Part shown: positions 29,320-39,172 of the stretch, piece by piece | How the letters are laid out: each line of letters begins with the position of its first letter | How positions within the stretch are numbered: position 1 is the stretch's first letter | Virus record (IMG/VR): IMGVR_UViG_3300037391_000010 | Span: 64,001 to 128,000 of that record | Length of the DNA: 64,000 bases | Reading direction: 5' to 3' (one strand) | Source: a virus | The notes under the pieces: model-generated | Database searches by the model: none | Seen by the model: the letters and a program-made list of their open reading frames with translations, nothing else | What the model was told of the DNA's origin: nothing | Translations under genes and position numbers: made by a program

Positions 29320-29895
29320 ATGCTGGAATTCAAGAAACTGTTGCGGACAGGCCGAACGCCAAGAGTACACCCCAACGGATTCATTCAACTCGACCTTAAC
29401 GACGAGCACTCCATGCGGCTCCACGTTTGGCCCGTAACCGAACTCCCAGACAGGCAGAAGACTCGGCACCCCATCCACGATCACTCGTTTGACATGGTGA
29501 GCACGGTTCTGACGGGAAAGCTGATAAACGAAAACCTCGTGTTCCTCACAGTAGCCAATCACCCCGACCTGATCCCAAACCACCAAGAGTACCGAGGCGT
29601 CAAGATCGGGCAGGAAGAAACCATCCTGCAACCCACTGGTATTTACGGAAGCCTCACCGACATGAGTCGAGAGGTTATCTTCCCGGGTCAATCGTACCGA
29701 GTGCCAGCTAAGAGGTTCCATAACAGCATAGCCGAAGGGCTCACAGCAACGCTCATGTCAAAGCTGGATGGCGAGCCGTATAGCCCCCGCGTACTCGTTC
29801 CAGTCGGCGTGCACCCCGACAATGACTTTCGCCGCGAGCAGACCAAGCCGGAAATCCTATGGGAACAGATCGAACTCGCCCTCGCCGCCTGCTGA
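29320..29895 (+). CDS. Cupin-fold (double-stranded beta-helix) protein
   Basis: HPNGF...RLHVW...IHDH.F...S.VL.G...FH motif pattern. Confidence 0.6.
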   Translation: MLEFKKLLRTGRTPRVHPNGFIQLDLNDEHSMRLHVWPVTELPDRQKTRHPIHDHSFDMVSTVLTGKLINENLVFLTVANHPDLIPNHQEYRGVKIGQEETILQPTGIYGSLTDMSREVIFPGQSYRVPAKRFHNSIAEGLTATLMSKLDGEPYSPRVLVPVGVHPDNDFRREQTKPEILWEQIELALAAC

Positions 29896-29912
29896 CCCCC
29901 TACCCGTGGTAC

Positions 29913-30188
29913 ATGCCATTTGGCACCCGTCTGCGGCGTGCTGTCGTCTACAATCCCGCGCACCAGTCTGAAGCCTACACGGGCAATCCCAAGAAAAAGA
30001 AGCTTCCTTGGCCTCGATGGAGGAAGGAAGTCGCTCGCATCCTCATCATTCTAGACGTGTTCCTGAGCCAGCCCGAATATTGGCTCGTCAGTCATTACGA
30101 TCTCACCTACCCTCAATGCTCTCGCCTGAGACGCCTCCTCCTCTGGGAAACCCGTTTCTACCTCTGGGCTGCTGGTTTCTCCGAATAA
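29913..30188 (+). CDS. Hypothetical protein
   Basis: ORF only. Confidence 0.35.
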   Translation: MPFGTRLRRAVVYNPAHQSEAYTGNPKKKKLPWPRWRKEVARILIILDVFLSQPEYWLVSHYDLTYPQCSRLRRLLLWETRFYLWAAGFSE

Positions 30189-30226
30189 AATCTGCCTACC
30201 GTCCTTCTTGTTAGGGGGACATTCTC

Positions 30227-30367
30227 ATGTTCAGTCTAATCAAGCTTGCTATCGATGCTGCGGTTCTTGCGGCTGTGTTCTACGGCGGCGTCAAGTTTGG
30301 GATAGCATATCCCACTGTCGGTGCGAAACTCACTTCACTCTTTAGCTGGGTAAAGTCCTTACTCTAA
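30227..30367 (+). CDS. 46-aa membrane peptide (not in ORF track)
   Basis: AGGGGG RBS; MFSLIKLAIDAAVLAAVFYGGVKFGIAYPTVGAKLTSLFSWVKSLL. Confidence 0.55.
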   Translation: MFSLIKLAIDAAVLAAVFYGGVKFGIAYPTVGAKLTSLFSWVKSLL

Positions 30368-30376
30368 GGTGAACCG

Positions 30377-30676
30377 ATGAGCCCGATTAAAGACATTTTG
30401 GAGATCGCGGAGAACATCACCGTTCTTCTGGCTCTCCTCGGTGGGGCGGCGGGAGGCATCAACTGGTACGTCAAGCGACATGATCGTCAGGCGGCAGGTG
30501 AGAAGGCCGTCAGTCAAATCGATGCTTTGGCGACAGGCTTCCCCAATATGGTCGCAGACATGGCGGTTGTGAAGAAGACCAACGAGAAAGCTGTCGATCT
30601 TCTAACCAGCATGGACAAGGGAATCGCAGTGATGGCTGCACGAAGCGAAGGTTCTAGAACACGGAGAACTGACTAA
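30377..30676 (+). CDS. Holin-like membrane protein
   Basis: Single N-terminal TM helix plus coiled coil, upstream of structural genes. Confidence 0.5.
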   Translation: MSPIKDILEIAENITVLLALLGGAAGGINWYVKRHDRQAAGEKAVSQIDALATGFPNMVADMAVVKKTNEKAVDLLTSMDKGIAVMAARSEGSRTRRTD

Positions 30677-30685
30677 GGAGACACG

Positions 30686-31222
30686 ATGCTTACACGACCA
30701 ACAATAGTAATCAACAACGCGCCGATCACGCTCAGCCCCACGTTCGGGATGACAGGCGGACCAACGGGATTGAACCCGCTCTACACGGCCTGCGACCCCG
30801 CTAACGGGAATTATTTCCTGACGACTGGTCGCGATCTGGTGAGCTTCTATTGTGCAGCCGCCGCTACCGCTCTTCCATGGTCTGGCACAACGCAATATCT
30901 CCCGGGGCAGGTGGTTAATTTCAGCGGTCAGGCTTACATCGCCCTCATTGGCAGCTTGGCTCAGACGCCATCCTTGTCACCCCCATCATCGTTCTGGGGC
31001 GCTTATGCGGACGGAGATAGTACGATCACGCTTTTCTCGGCTCCTGATGCTTGCACGGGCCGAACGTCCGATGTTGACGATTACGTTGTACCTGTCGCCA
31101 CGGAGCTTTATCCGGGTGTCGAATTTCTGGTGCTGCCGTCCTCGGTATTCACGCAGGCGAGCACGCAATTCCAATTTCTAGCCAGTTCGAATCTGGTGAG
31201 CGTTTACATAAGGCACTTCTAA
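30686..31222 (+). CDS. Putative virion structural protein with a short CBM5/12-like insert
   Basis: AAGGAG RBS; PWSGTTQYLPGQVVNFSGQAY...W motif. Confidence 0.55.
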   Translation: MLTRPTIVINNAPITLSPTFGMTGGPTGLNPLYTACDPANGNYFLTTGRDLVSFYCAAAATALPWSGTTQYLPGQVVNFSGQAYIALIGSLAQTPSLSPPSSFWGAYADGDSTITLFSAPDACTGRTSDVDDYVVPVATELYPGVEFLVLPSSVFTQASTQFQFLASSNLVSVYIRHF

Positions 31223-31231
31223 GGAGTCATC

Positions 31232-33355
31232 ATGCCAAATCCTCCAACAATCATCAACGGTCAACTGATTTTCAAGGGTTCCATCTCTGGACAGGTCGCG
31301 GTTCAGGCACAGCCCATCGCGGGCAACAACCTGATTTTCAACCTGCCTAACACGGTGCCGAATCCGAACGCCGTACTCTCGGTGATCGCGGTCACTGGCA
31401 GCACAGTCACCTTCGGCTTCGCCCCGCCTGCTCCGCAGTCCTTCAACTTCTCGCAGATCACGGGCACCATCGCTACCTCGCAACTGGGCAGCGTTGAAGG
31501 CAACGGCTCCAAGGTTCAGTTGACGACAGGGGCGGCAGTGTCGCCAGTCACTTCAGAACTGGGCACGGCAGCAAACTACGCCATCCTCGCTTACAGCGGT
31601 GTCACCAACACTGGTGCTTCCGTCATCACTGGCGGCAACGTCGGTTCAGCACCGACCACAGGCCCACAGGCTGGCTTTACTTTCATCGCTCCAGCAGCCA
31701 TCGACAACACGCACGCGGCTGCGGCACGTCTTGCGGGTAACGCGGCGTTTGCTCATTACTCCGCATTGACCCCGACTCAGACGGGTCTCGCCAACCTCAG
31801 CACCAACAGCGGTGGGGGCGGCGTAGGTATCTATCAAGCTGGTGTCTTCTCTGGCGGTGCGCTCGACATCCCGACCAGCATTACACTGGACGCTCAGGGC
31901 AACCCCGGCGCGGTCTTCGTCTTCATCTCGGCGTCTACCACGATTCTTGAGAGCGGAGCATCCATCCTCCTCGTCAACGGTGCACAAGCGGCTAACGTCG
32001 TTTGGTGCGTTGGTAGCAGCTTCACCCAGATCGGCAACAACAACACGATGATTGGTACGATTCTCGCCTACACGAGCATCACGCTCGACGGCGGCGTCCT
32101 CAACGGTCGTGCATTGGCAGTCGGCGGCGGCAATGGTGCGGTCACCATCGCAGCGGCAGAAGCAATCACTGCGTCGGCTGGAACTGGTTCCGTCCAAGCT
32201 GGCGATGTGATTATCTATGACGCTTTCGGCAACGCGGTTGATTCAGGCATCCTGCTCAGCAGCCTCGGCGGTGCGGCGGGCGTCACGACCTTCAATACCC
32301 GCAGCGGGGCAGTCATCCCGTTGTCTGGCGACTATGCCTCGTTCTACGATGCGGCGGGCGCAGCAGCAACGGCTCAATCCAATGCTGAGGCATTTGCCAC
32401 GAGCGCAATTTCGACGGCTCTGGCTTCGGGCACTTACGGTATCAGCATCACGGGCAATGCAGCGACAGCAACCACCGCTACCTCGGCGACGACGGCAGGT
32501 TCAACCACGGTTGTTGACGGCGTTACGGTCAGCGGCACGCCATCCACTGGTCAGGTGCTCACGGCTACAAGCCCGACGACGGCGGATTGGCAGACGCCTT
32601 CGGGCGGTGCGGTCACCTTCGATCAGATCGGTTCGGGCACCAACAACGCGGCTAACACCCTCACCGTTGGCAATAGCTCAACGCTGACGTTCACAGGCTC
32701 GGGCGTCATTAACGCCAGTCAGCTTGGCGGCGTGGCGGCATCCGGTTATGCTCTGTTGGCTGGTGCAGTCTTCTCTGGCGCAATCCAGACCAACGGTGCG
32801 TTGAACGACGGCTCTGGCAACCCCGGAGCTTCTGGTTCGCTCCTCAGTTCCACTGGAACGAGTACGGCATGGGTTACACAGGCTTCGATCTTGTCGGGTT
32901 ACGCACCTTTGGCTGGTGCAACCTTCAGCGGTGCTGTACAGGCGACAACAGTCTACGCTACTGTTGCGTTGGAAGTCTTCGCGGCCCTCAAGGACGGCAG
33001 CGGTTCATCTGGTAACGCTGGTCAGACACTCACGTCCACTGGCGGCAGCGTTGCATGGGCAAATGCACTGAACAGCCAAACTGGTACGCTCCCAACCACA
33101 GCCGACAACCACATTACAAGCGGTACAACGACGTTGGCGGCAGGCACGGCTACGATTGCTCTCTCCGCAGGTGGGGCCTTCGGCGATACGGCCTACGCGG
33201 TGCAATTGACGTTCCAGTCCGTACCGGGTGGAGCGTTCCCGGGCACGAATCCTGTCCTGTACATTACCAATCAAACAGCGACGGGGTTCACCATCAACTC
33301 TTCGGACGCCACGGACAGCACCAGCATCATTGGCTGGACGGCAGTCGGCTACTAA
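31232..33355 (+). CDS. Tail-fibre/adhesin-like protein containing a DUF3494 ice-binding-like beta-solenoid
   Basis: LGTAANYAILAYSGVTNTG.SVITG, ITLDAQGNPGAVFVF, LVNGAQAANVVW.VGSS, GTILA.TSITL and LNGRALA motifs. VTTFNTRSGAV and GQ.LTS repeats are typical of phage fibres. Confidence 0.8.
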   Translation: MPNPPTIINGQLIFKGSISGQVAVQAQPIAGNNLIFNLPNTVPNPNAVLSVIAVTGSTVTFGFAPPAPQSFNFSQITGTIATSQLGSVEGNGSKVQLTTGAAVSPVTSELGTAANYAILAYSGVTNTGASVITGGNVGSAPTTGPQAGFTFIAPAAIDNTHAAAARLAGNAAFAHYSALTPTQTGLANLSTNSGGGGVGIYQAGVFSGGALDIPTSITLDAQGNPGAVFVFISASTTILESGASILLVNGAQAANVVWCVGSSFTQIGNNNTMIGTILAYTSITLDGGVLNGRALAVGGGNGAVTIAAAEAITASAGTGSVQAGDVIIYDAFGNAVDSGILLSSLGGAAGVTTFNTRSGAVIPLSGDYASFYDAAGAAATAQSNAEAFATSAISTALASGTYGISITGNAATATTATSATTAGSTTVVDGVTVSGTPSTGQVLTATSPTTADWQTPSGGAVTFDQIGSGTNNAANTLTVGNSSTLTFTGSGVINASQLGGVAASGYALLAGAVFSGAIQTNGALNDGSGNPGASGSLLSSTGTSTAWVTQASILSGYAPLAGATFSGAVQATTVYATVALEVFAALKDGSGSSGNAGQTLTSTGGSVAWANALNSQTGTLPTTADNHITSGTTTLAAGTATIALSAGGAFGDTAYAVQLTFQSVPGGAFPGTNPVLYITNQTATGFTINSSDATDSTSIIGWTAVGY

Positions 33356-33378
33356 AACTTAAACAAGGAGAAACAACC

Positions 33379-33591
33379 ATGGCAAACGTAACTATTCTCA
33401 CAACCGATCAACAGACACAGGCAGCGGCCAACAAAGCCGCCGCCGACGCCGCGCTCGCCGCTTACGTTGCGGCACTGGCAACGCACCAGAGCTACATGCT
33501 GTCAGTCGCGTCAGCGGGAAGCCCTCCCGATGTGAACCCAAACGGTCGCGTGCAGCTTACCGATGACGGCACCGCTGTAATCGTCGGCTAA
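33379..33591 (+). CDS. Small Ala-rich protein
   Basis: AAGGAG RBS; paralog of the next gene (LT..QQTQAA...GSPP...R.QLT.DGT). Confidence 0.7.
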   Translation: MANVTILTTDQQTQAAANKAAADAALAAYVAALATHQSYMLSVASAGSPPDVNPNGRVQLTDDGTAVIVG

Positions 33592-33642
33592 ACCAGCGTC
33601 ATTGGGTATTAAGAACTATAGGGCTCTATTTTAGGGGGGAAC

Positions 33643-33870
33643 ATGAAGGTACAGGCACTCACATCACCGCAACAGACACAGGCAGCTTCCTTGAAGGCCG
33701 CTGTTACAAGCGCCCAGAGCGCACTCGTAGCCGCTCGTGCGGCATTCGCAGCCTATCTGGTTTCATGTCTTCCACCGAACGCAGGGTCTCCTCCGACGCC
33801 AGCGACACTAGCGCCCGGACAGCGGGCTCAGTTGACAAGCGACGGTACGTCTCTCGTTATACTGCCGTAA
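33643..33870 (+). CDS. Small Ala-rich protein (paralog of 33379..33591)
   Basis: Shares motifs with the previous ORF. Confidence 0.7.
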   Translation: MKVQALTSPQQTQAASLKAAVTSAQSALVAARAAFAAYLVSCLPPNAGSPPTPATLAPGQRAQLTSDGTSLVILP

Positions 33871-33888
33871 TTTCAAGTCCATCTCCTC

Positions 33889-33922
33889 AAAAGCCCCGAC
33901 CAAATCGGGGCTTTTTGCTTTT
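33889..33922 (+). terminator. Intrinsic terminator (possibly bidirectional)
   Basis: AAAAGCCCCGA-CCAAA-TCGGGGCTTTT followed by TGCTTTT. Confidence 0.85.
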
Positions 33923-34037
33923 CTGCACACTCAAACCTCAAAATTGCAGTATTAGACCATCATAATCGACAATTCGACAATGAACTTTGTCAATTTGAGG
34001 TTTCCGATCTACCGAAGTGTTAATTCAGAGGTGCCAC

Positions 34038-34769
34038 ATGGCAAATAAGAAAGTTCGTACCCCCAAAATCAAGAAACAGCGACAGACGAAGTACACAAAA
34101 CTCGCCCTCGTATGTGCAAAAGAGCTTGCAGCCAAGAAGAAAGCGTTGGTTGCGGCTGAGAAACGACTGGCTAAGGCCCAACTGACCCATCAGGAACTCC
34201 TATCCGAGGTCGCTCGGCTGGACATGCTGGATCGCAGCCTCAAGGCAGTCAATGAGAAATCCCAACCACCCCAGAACATCAAGTACGTCTACACGTACCC
34301 GCAGTGGGTCTGGAATCCATACGTTTACAACCCGGGTCAATGGACGTTCACGACCACGCCAACCTATGTCGGCTACAACACGCCGAATACCAGCGGTGCC
34401 ACGGGCATTGTCAATGGCGGTCTCAACGGCGGCAACTTCCAAGGCGGCAGCTTGCTCACCAGCAACGGCTCTTACCAAAGCCCTACGGTGACCTGCACAC
34501 TGGCGAACTCCGATACCTTCACGTTCACCAACAGCGGGAACGTACAGATCGGCAGCGTCCAAACCACCCCATCGGGCGGCTTGCCCGACGCTGGCCCCAC
34601 GCTTCAGTTTGACGGCAGCGGTGCACCAAATTGGGTGCCCGCCAACGATGGGTCTCTCGTCGTAGACCTGACGACTCACGAACCGTATGAGGCACCCGAG
34701 GAGCAACTGGATGAGCTACATACCAGATTGACGAAGGAAGCGGCTTGCATCGATCTCGTCGAGGCGTAA
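34038..34769 (+). CDS. Hypothetical protein (basic coiled-coil N-terminus, low-complexity C-terminus)
   Basis: GAGGTG RBS; long ORF. Confidence 0.65.
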   Translation: MANKKVRTPKIKKQRQTKYTKLALVCAKELAAKKKALVAAEKRLAKAQLTHQELLSEVARLDMLDRSLKAVNEKSQPPQNIKYVYTYPQWVWNPYVYNPGQWTFTTTPTYVGYNTPNTSGATGIVNGGLNGGNFQGGSLLTSNGSYQSPTVTCTLANSDTFTFTNSGNVQIGSVQTTPSGGLPDAGPTLQFDGSGAPNWVPANDGSLVVDLTTHEPYEAPEEQLDELHTRLTKEAACIDLVEA

Positions 34770-34803
34770 CCTGACTTCCCTTTTCATTTGAAGGGGGAAG
34801 CCA

Positions 34804-35103
34804 ATGCATCAGTATTTTGATCCTGAGGATCGGCCCCACCGTAGTCCATACCGTGGGGCTGATGCTTACTGGTACTTCTGGCACAAAGGTTCCGTTGAAC
34901 CGCACCGCTACCGCGAGGAAGAAGACGAGCCCCTGTTCTACACCCGCACCCGCCACGATCTAGACTTCAAATGCCAATGCTCCGCGTGCACCCGCAAATG
35001 CACAATCACCATGGATGACGCCAAATTCCTCCGCACAATGGGTATTATGTGGAAGGTGCCTCATGTCGAGCAAGCGGATGAAGTCAGTCCTAACCCACGG
35101 TAA
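34804..35103 (+). CDS. Hypothetical protein
   Basis: RBS; CQC..C motif. Confidence 0.55.
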   Translation: MHQYFDPEDRPHRSPYRGADAYWYFWHKGSVEPHRYREEEDEPLFYTRTRHDLDFKCQCSACTRKCTITMDDAKFLRTMGIMWKVPHVEQADEVSPNPR

Positions 35104-35422
35104 CAACAGCTACGAAGACCGGGTTCTCGATTGGTATGAACGTAGGCAAGGGCAATACACCCTGATCGGCTTCGACGGCAAACCATACAAGTCCGCTGTA
35201 AAGGGCACGCTTGGCGGACATCGCCAATTGAAAATCTACGGTAGGCTTAACTGCCAGTCTGCTCTGCGGTTCATCGCCAAAGGTCAGTATGTGAAGCATC
35301 GGGTATTCTTCGCAAACGAGGAAGACGCCCTCGGTGCGGGGTATCGCCCTTGTGCCAAATGCCTGCCTGAAAAATACAAGGAGTGGAAATGCCAAACCTC
35401 GACGACAACGAGCCCGAGATAG
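35063..35422 (+). CDS. Ada-type metal-binding domain protein
   Basis: GTLGGH...KIYGRL.C.SA...HRVFFA.E..A..AGYRPCAKC motif. Confidence 0.75.
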   Translation: MSSKRMKSVLTHGNNSYEDRVLDWYERRQGQYTLIGFDGKPYKSAVKGTLGGHRQLKIYGRLNCQSALRFIAKGQYVKHRVFFANEEDALGAGYRPCAKCLPEKYKEWKCQTSTTTSPR

Positions 35423-35799
35423 TGTACGGGGAGTTCACAGACGCCTGCAATCCGAATGATGAGATGGTCGGTAAGTCCCTGCCGTACTTTACGGGTGCCA
35501 ACATTCAAGGGGCGGGGCCGAGTAAGTCCCTACCATACGCCGAGGACAATCAGAAGGAAGTCATCCTTAAAGTTGCCCGTCAAATAGCGGCGGCGAATGA
35601 TGACGAGGAACAAGCGGGTCTTTTCTTCACGCGGGTCGTCCAAGCCTTCGTCCTGCTGGATCAAATGGCACCACAGTTTATCGAACTGGTGGATGAGTAT
35701 CACATCGGCGAAAACCCGCAGGCCACGAATTGCAGCCTGTGCAAGCTCCGTGCGGCGGCTGAAGAATACTTGGCCGAGCGAGAGAAAACCAATGTCTGA
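35389..35799 (+). CDS. Hypothetical protein
   Basis: AAGGAG RBS; overlapping operon gene. Confidence 0.6.
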   Translation: MPNLDDNEPEIVYGEFTDACNPNDEMVGKSLPYFTGANIQGAGPSKSLPYAEDNQKEVILKVARQIAAANDDEEQAGLFFTRVVQAFVLLDQMAPQFIELVDEYHIGENPQATNCSLCKLRAAAEEYLAEREKTNV

Positions 35800-35965
35800 G
35801 ATCGAAACTTTTCTTCGGCGCTTCCCCGACTACAAGACAACGCCCGCTCAGCTTGCCTTCGCTAAATACTTGGAACAGCGAGGGTTACGGTTCCTCATCG
35901 ATTTCGGCTTTGAGAACGCCGAGAACATTGCATGGGAACTCACCCCTATGGGAACCATTCAGTGA
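35792..35965 (+). CDS. Hypothetical protein
   Basis: Coupled small ORF beginning MSEIETFLRRF. Confidence 0.5.
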   Translation: MSEIETFLRRFPDYKTTPAQLAFAKYLEQRGLRFLIDFGFENAENIAWELTPMGTIQ

Positions 35966-36738
35966 GTTTATTCGACGATCAGAACAAGACGGAGATCACG
36001 AAGCAGATCACTGCCGCGACCTGTTTCTGGCTCGATGAACGCGGGGTCAAACCCGTCGAGACCGAGGTCACCGTGGCATTCGGCTGGATCGCCGACATAG
36101 CTGGCGTGCTTTGCCCCACCGAAACCGAACTGCAAGACCTAAAGCTGATCCGCCGTAAACCCAAATGGAAGAAACCACAGGAAGAGAAAGACGCTTGGCA
36201 GCGAGATGCGGACGCCCTGAACCGAATGATGACCGTGATAGTGGAGGTCAAAACGTCTCGCAACGATTTTCGCGGCGACAAGAAGTGGACGACGGAACCT
36301 CCAGCCGATCTATGCTGGGTTGCGGCACCTGCTGGGCTGATCGCGGAGGCCGAGAGGCCGAAAGGTTGGGGGATTCTTGAGTATAGCCCCACGCGAGACT
36401 GCATGATTAGCCGCTGCGTTCCCGAGATTAGGACGACATCAGCGGAGCGGCAACGGAACTTGGTTCATGCCGTCGCCTGCCGCCGCGACAACCAGACTCG
36501 CTACGAGCACATCAACCGTCTGCGAAAGGAATATCACGAGGAGGACAAGCAGCGTATATCGTTGACCCGTGTGCAGGACGCGATGAGAGCCGCCCTGAGC
36601 ATTGCGCGTGGGGAGCATGGGTCGATTGAAGGGGCGCTTGAGTATCATCGCATCAAGCTGAAGGGTATCTATCAATTGGAAATGCTTGGGCTTACAGCCC
36701 TTTGGGGCGTAGCAAAGAAAGAAACCAATGGCGCGTAA
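35962..36738 (+). CDS. PD-(D/E)XK nuclease, MmcB-like
   Basis: E....ADIAG...IVEVKTSRNDF..D.KW...P.GWGIL motifs. Confidence 0.7.
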   Translation: MSLFDDQNKTEITKQITAATCFWLDERGVKPVETEVTVAFGWIADIAGVLCPTETELQDLKLIRRKPKWKKPQEEKDAWQRDADALNRMMTVIVEVKTSRNDFRGDKKWTTEPPADLCWVAAPAGLIAEAERPKGWGILEYSPTRDCMISRCVPEIRTTSAERQRNLVHAVACRRDNQTRYEHINRLRKEYHEEDKQRISLTRVQDAMRAALSIARGEHGSIEGALEYHRIKLKGIYQLEMLGLTALWGVAKKETNGA

Positions 36739-37129
36739 GGGTCAGGAGTTCACGTGGGACGATTTCCCCGCCCGTAAGGATGCGGCAGGTTACCATTGCC
36801 GTTATTGCAAGAAGGTTTTGACGGGCCGCAAGCAAGCGTGGTGCTCGAAGGAATGCCTGATCGAGGTTCGTTCCCGTTGTGACTGGAACTACATCCGCAA
36901 CAAGGTTCGTCGTCGAGACAAATGGAAGTGTCAGTGGGTGATGGAGAGTGGGGGTATCTGCGGGCTGCCTGCCAAGGACGTAGACCACATCATTGAGCTT
37001 GCGGACGGCGGGTGCTTCCACGATCTGAACAATCTGCGGTCGCTGTGCAAGCCCCACCACAAGCGCAAGACCACCGCATCCCGTAAGGCACGGGCTGAAC
37101 GTAAGAAATTAGCAGAAAAATCCGCATAA
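36728..37129 (+). CDS. HNH endonuclease
   Basis: VRRRDKWKC...DVDHIIELADGG...NNLRSLC..HH..KT motif. Confidence 0.85.
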   Translation: MARKGQEFTWDDFPARKDAAGYHCRYCKKVLTGRKQAWCSKECLIEVRSRCDWNYIRNKVRRRDKWKCQWVMESGGICGLPAKDVDHIIELADGGCFHDLNNLRSLCKPHHKRKTTASRKARAERKKLAEKSA

Positions 37130-37158
37130 ATGCGGTATTAGGGAGTAAGGAGATCATC

Positions 37159-37512
37159 ATGGGCGCAAAGTTTTCGGCAATCAAGCAGGGTGAGTTTTTC
37201 TACATCGACGGCGAAACGTTCAAGAAGACCACGGACATCAGCTATGAAGACACGGCAGGGTTCGAAATCTACCTTGACCCGATTCGCGAAGCCAAGATGA
37301 CCACCGTCAATCCCGCAGCGGCAGCAGCGGTTAAACAGGGTAAGGGGCCGCTCACCGACTCACAAGCCTACATCACCGACCCGGCTACCCGCGTGCAGAC
37401 CAAGAACCCGAACTTCGGCAAGAAGATCAAGAAGACGAAAGTTCAGGCGGCGGGGGACGCGCTCACTCAACCACAACCACCGAAGAAGATTGCCACTCCC
37501 AAGAAGAAGTGA
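37159..37512 (+). CDS. Hypothetical Lys-rich protein
   Basis: AAGGAG RBS. Confidence 0.65.
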   Translation: MGAKFSAIKQGEFFYIDGETFKKTTDISYEDTAGFEIYLDPIREAKMTTVNPAAAAAVKQGKGPLTDSQAYITDPATRVQTKNPNFGKKIKKTKVQAAGDALTQPQPPKKIATPKKK

Positions 37513-37513
37513 T

Positions 37514-37702
37514 ATGATCTGTCCTACGTGCAAAACGGAAGCTGGCGATCAGGTTTGTATGTGCGGGAAGTGTCCGTCCTGCGACCCCAAGCATTTCAAT
37601 TCTAAAAATACGGTCGAGCGGTACGACGAGTTCGATCTGGAGATTCGAGCCAACGCCGAAAGGATACTGGCCGAGGGCGATAACGGAGAAGTGGAGTTCT
37701 AA
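37514..37702 (+). CDS. Small Cys-rich hypothetical protein
   Basis: CPTC...CMCGKCPSC motifs. Confidence 0.55.
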   Translation: MICPTCKTEAGDQVCMCGKCPSCDPKHFNSKNTVERYDEFDLEIRANAERILAEGDNGEVEF

Positions 37703-38025
37703 TGGCATTCATCCACTGTCACGGCGAGAGATGTCACTGGGAGCAGGACGACTTCTGGAGTTGGAACTACAACCCCATCCAGACATTCTTCAGCTACGTC
37801 AAGGACATGAAGCTGTGGTATCCCCACATGCTGGAGTTCGACCGCCATACGATGCCTCCGACAGGGAAGATTCATTCCTATGCGTTTGTCCGCAGGCTGT
37901 TTCGCAAGATGCTCGTGAAGTTCGGGCGCATGGAATGGTGGACGTGGGAAGCTTACAAGAAAGCAAAGGCGGCAGGTGAAGTGTGTTGTCCGCAGTGCGG
38001 CAAACGCGATCTCTGCATCGACTAA
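37702..38025 (+). CDS. Hypothetical Zn-ribbon protein
   Basis: Coupled ORF; C..C pairs at both ends. Confidence 0.6.
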   Translation: MAFIHCHGERCHWEQDDFWSWNYNPIQTFFSYVKDMKLWYPHMLEFDRHTMPPTGKIHSYAFVRRLFRKMLVKFGRMEWWTWEAYKKAKAAGEVCCPQCGKRDLCID

Positions 38026-38399
38026 TGAGCGTATATCCTCCATACGGCAGCGGTTTCGGCAAGACGGGCACCACGCTTCCAAGTGGAGAGGTTGTGGTCA
38101 CGTCCGAAGGTCTGTACGCCAGCCATTGGCTCTCCGTCAGTCGGCATTCGGACTATTGCACCTGTTCATTCTGTCAGCCGTGGTCGTTAAAGACGTACAA
38201 GAAACTCCCCAAACCCGGGAGATTCGGAATCGACGTTCCGTCGCGTGAGAATCCGTACCGCTGGACACACGTCCATGTGCGGCTGGGCAAGTGGATTTAT
38301 TTCGTGACATCGCAAATTCAGTTTTTCCCCAGTGTTTGGCCGTTCTTTCACGCCGAGCAATGGGAAGAGAAGACCTGTGAAGTTCAAAGGAGCAACTAA
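38025..38399 (+). CDS. Hypothetical protein
   Basis: TAATG coupling on both sides. Confidence 0.5.
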   Translation: MSVYPPYGSGFGKTGTTLPSGEVVVTSEGLYASHWLSVSRHSDYCTCSFCQPWSLKTYKKLPKPGRFGIDVPSRENPYRWTHVHVRLGKWIYFVTSQIQFFPSVWPFFHAEQWEEKTCEVQRSN

Positions 38400-39172
38400 T
38401 GGGACGCAACAGCAAGAGAAACAAAGCCATCACGAAGATGTACCTCCCCCGCCTCAAGAAGTATTGCGAAGAGCTTGAGAAGCAGCTTGAAGCCTTGAAG
38501 ACCGACCCGAACACGACGCTGGGTCAGGTCATCAATCAGGCCCGCGAACTTTACACCCAGAACAGCCGTCTGTCGGTGCTCACCGCTGCATTACTCGAAG
38601 CACAGGGCAACAAGGTCACGGTCTCGAAGGCCGCGATGGACAAGTTCGAGAACCACCGCGTCCTCATCAAGTGGGAACTCCCCGAAGGCGTAGAGAAGGC
38701 TGAAGACGCCAAGGAATTCGTGTTCATGTACGAGGCGGTCAAGAACCAAACCCCGATGCAACCGATTCAAGTTGGGCCGATGACGCACGCTTCCGTTCCG
38801 ATCACCGAAGCTGCCATCACAGGAACCGCCCCTCTCGCAGTTGATGACCCGTCTGTCGTCCTCGTGGAGGGATCAACGGATGCGGTCGATCCTGAGATTG
38901 CAGGCGAGTTGACCGAGGGTGAAGAGGACTCGGCGGAACCAACGGAACTGGACGCGGCAGAGGATCAGGGTGACATCATTTCCTCCGCAATGGCTGGCGT
39001 CGATTGCCCGTACTGTGAGGACGGCACTGAGCACGTTCACGATGGCGTGACCTACAACCCCAACCCAGCGCCAGACGATAATCCTGAGTTCGATTGTCCG
39101 TATTGCGAGGATACCACCGACCACAAGCACAGCGAGGAAGATGTCGCTCACTTGCGAGCCGCGCTCGACTAA
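38399..39172 (+). CDS. Hypothetical protein with coiled coil and two C-terminal DCPYCED...H.H repeats
   Basis: Visible in translation. Confidence 0.7.
   Translation: MGRNSKRNKAITKMYLPRLKKYCEELEKQLEALKTDPNTTLGQVINQARELYTQNSRLSVLTAALLEAQGNKVTVSKAAMDKFENHRVLIKWELPEGVEKAEDAKEFVFMYEAVKNQTPMQPIQVGPMTHASVPITEAAITGTAPLAVDDPSVVLVEGSTDAVDPEIAGELTEGEEDSAEPTELDAAEDQGDIISSAMAGVDCPYCEDGTEHVHDGVTYNPNPAPDDNPEFDCPYCEDTTDHKHSEEDVAHLRAALD

Noticed and set aside
33379-33870. Type I (Ala-rich) antifreeze proteins
   Set aside because: They are Ala-rich but lack a regular 11-residue Thr periodicity; composition alone is insufficient.
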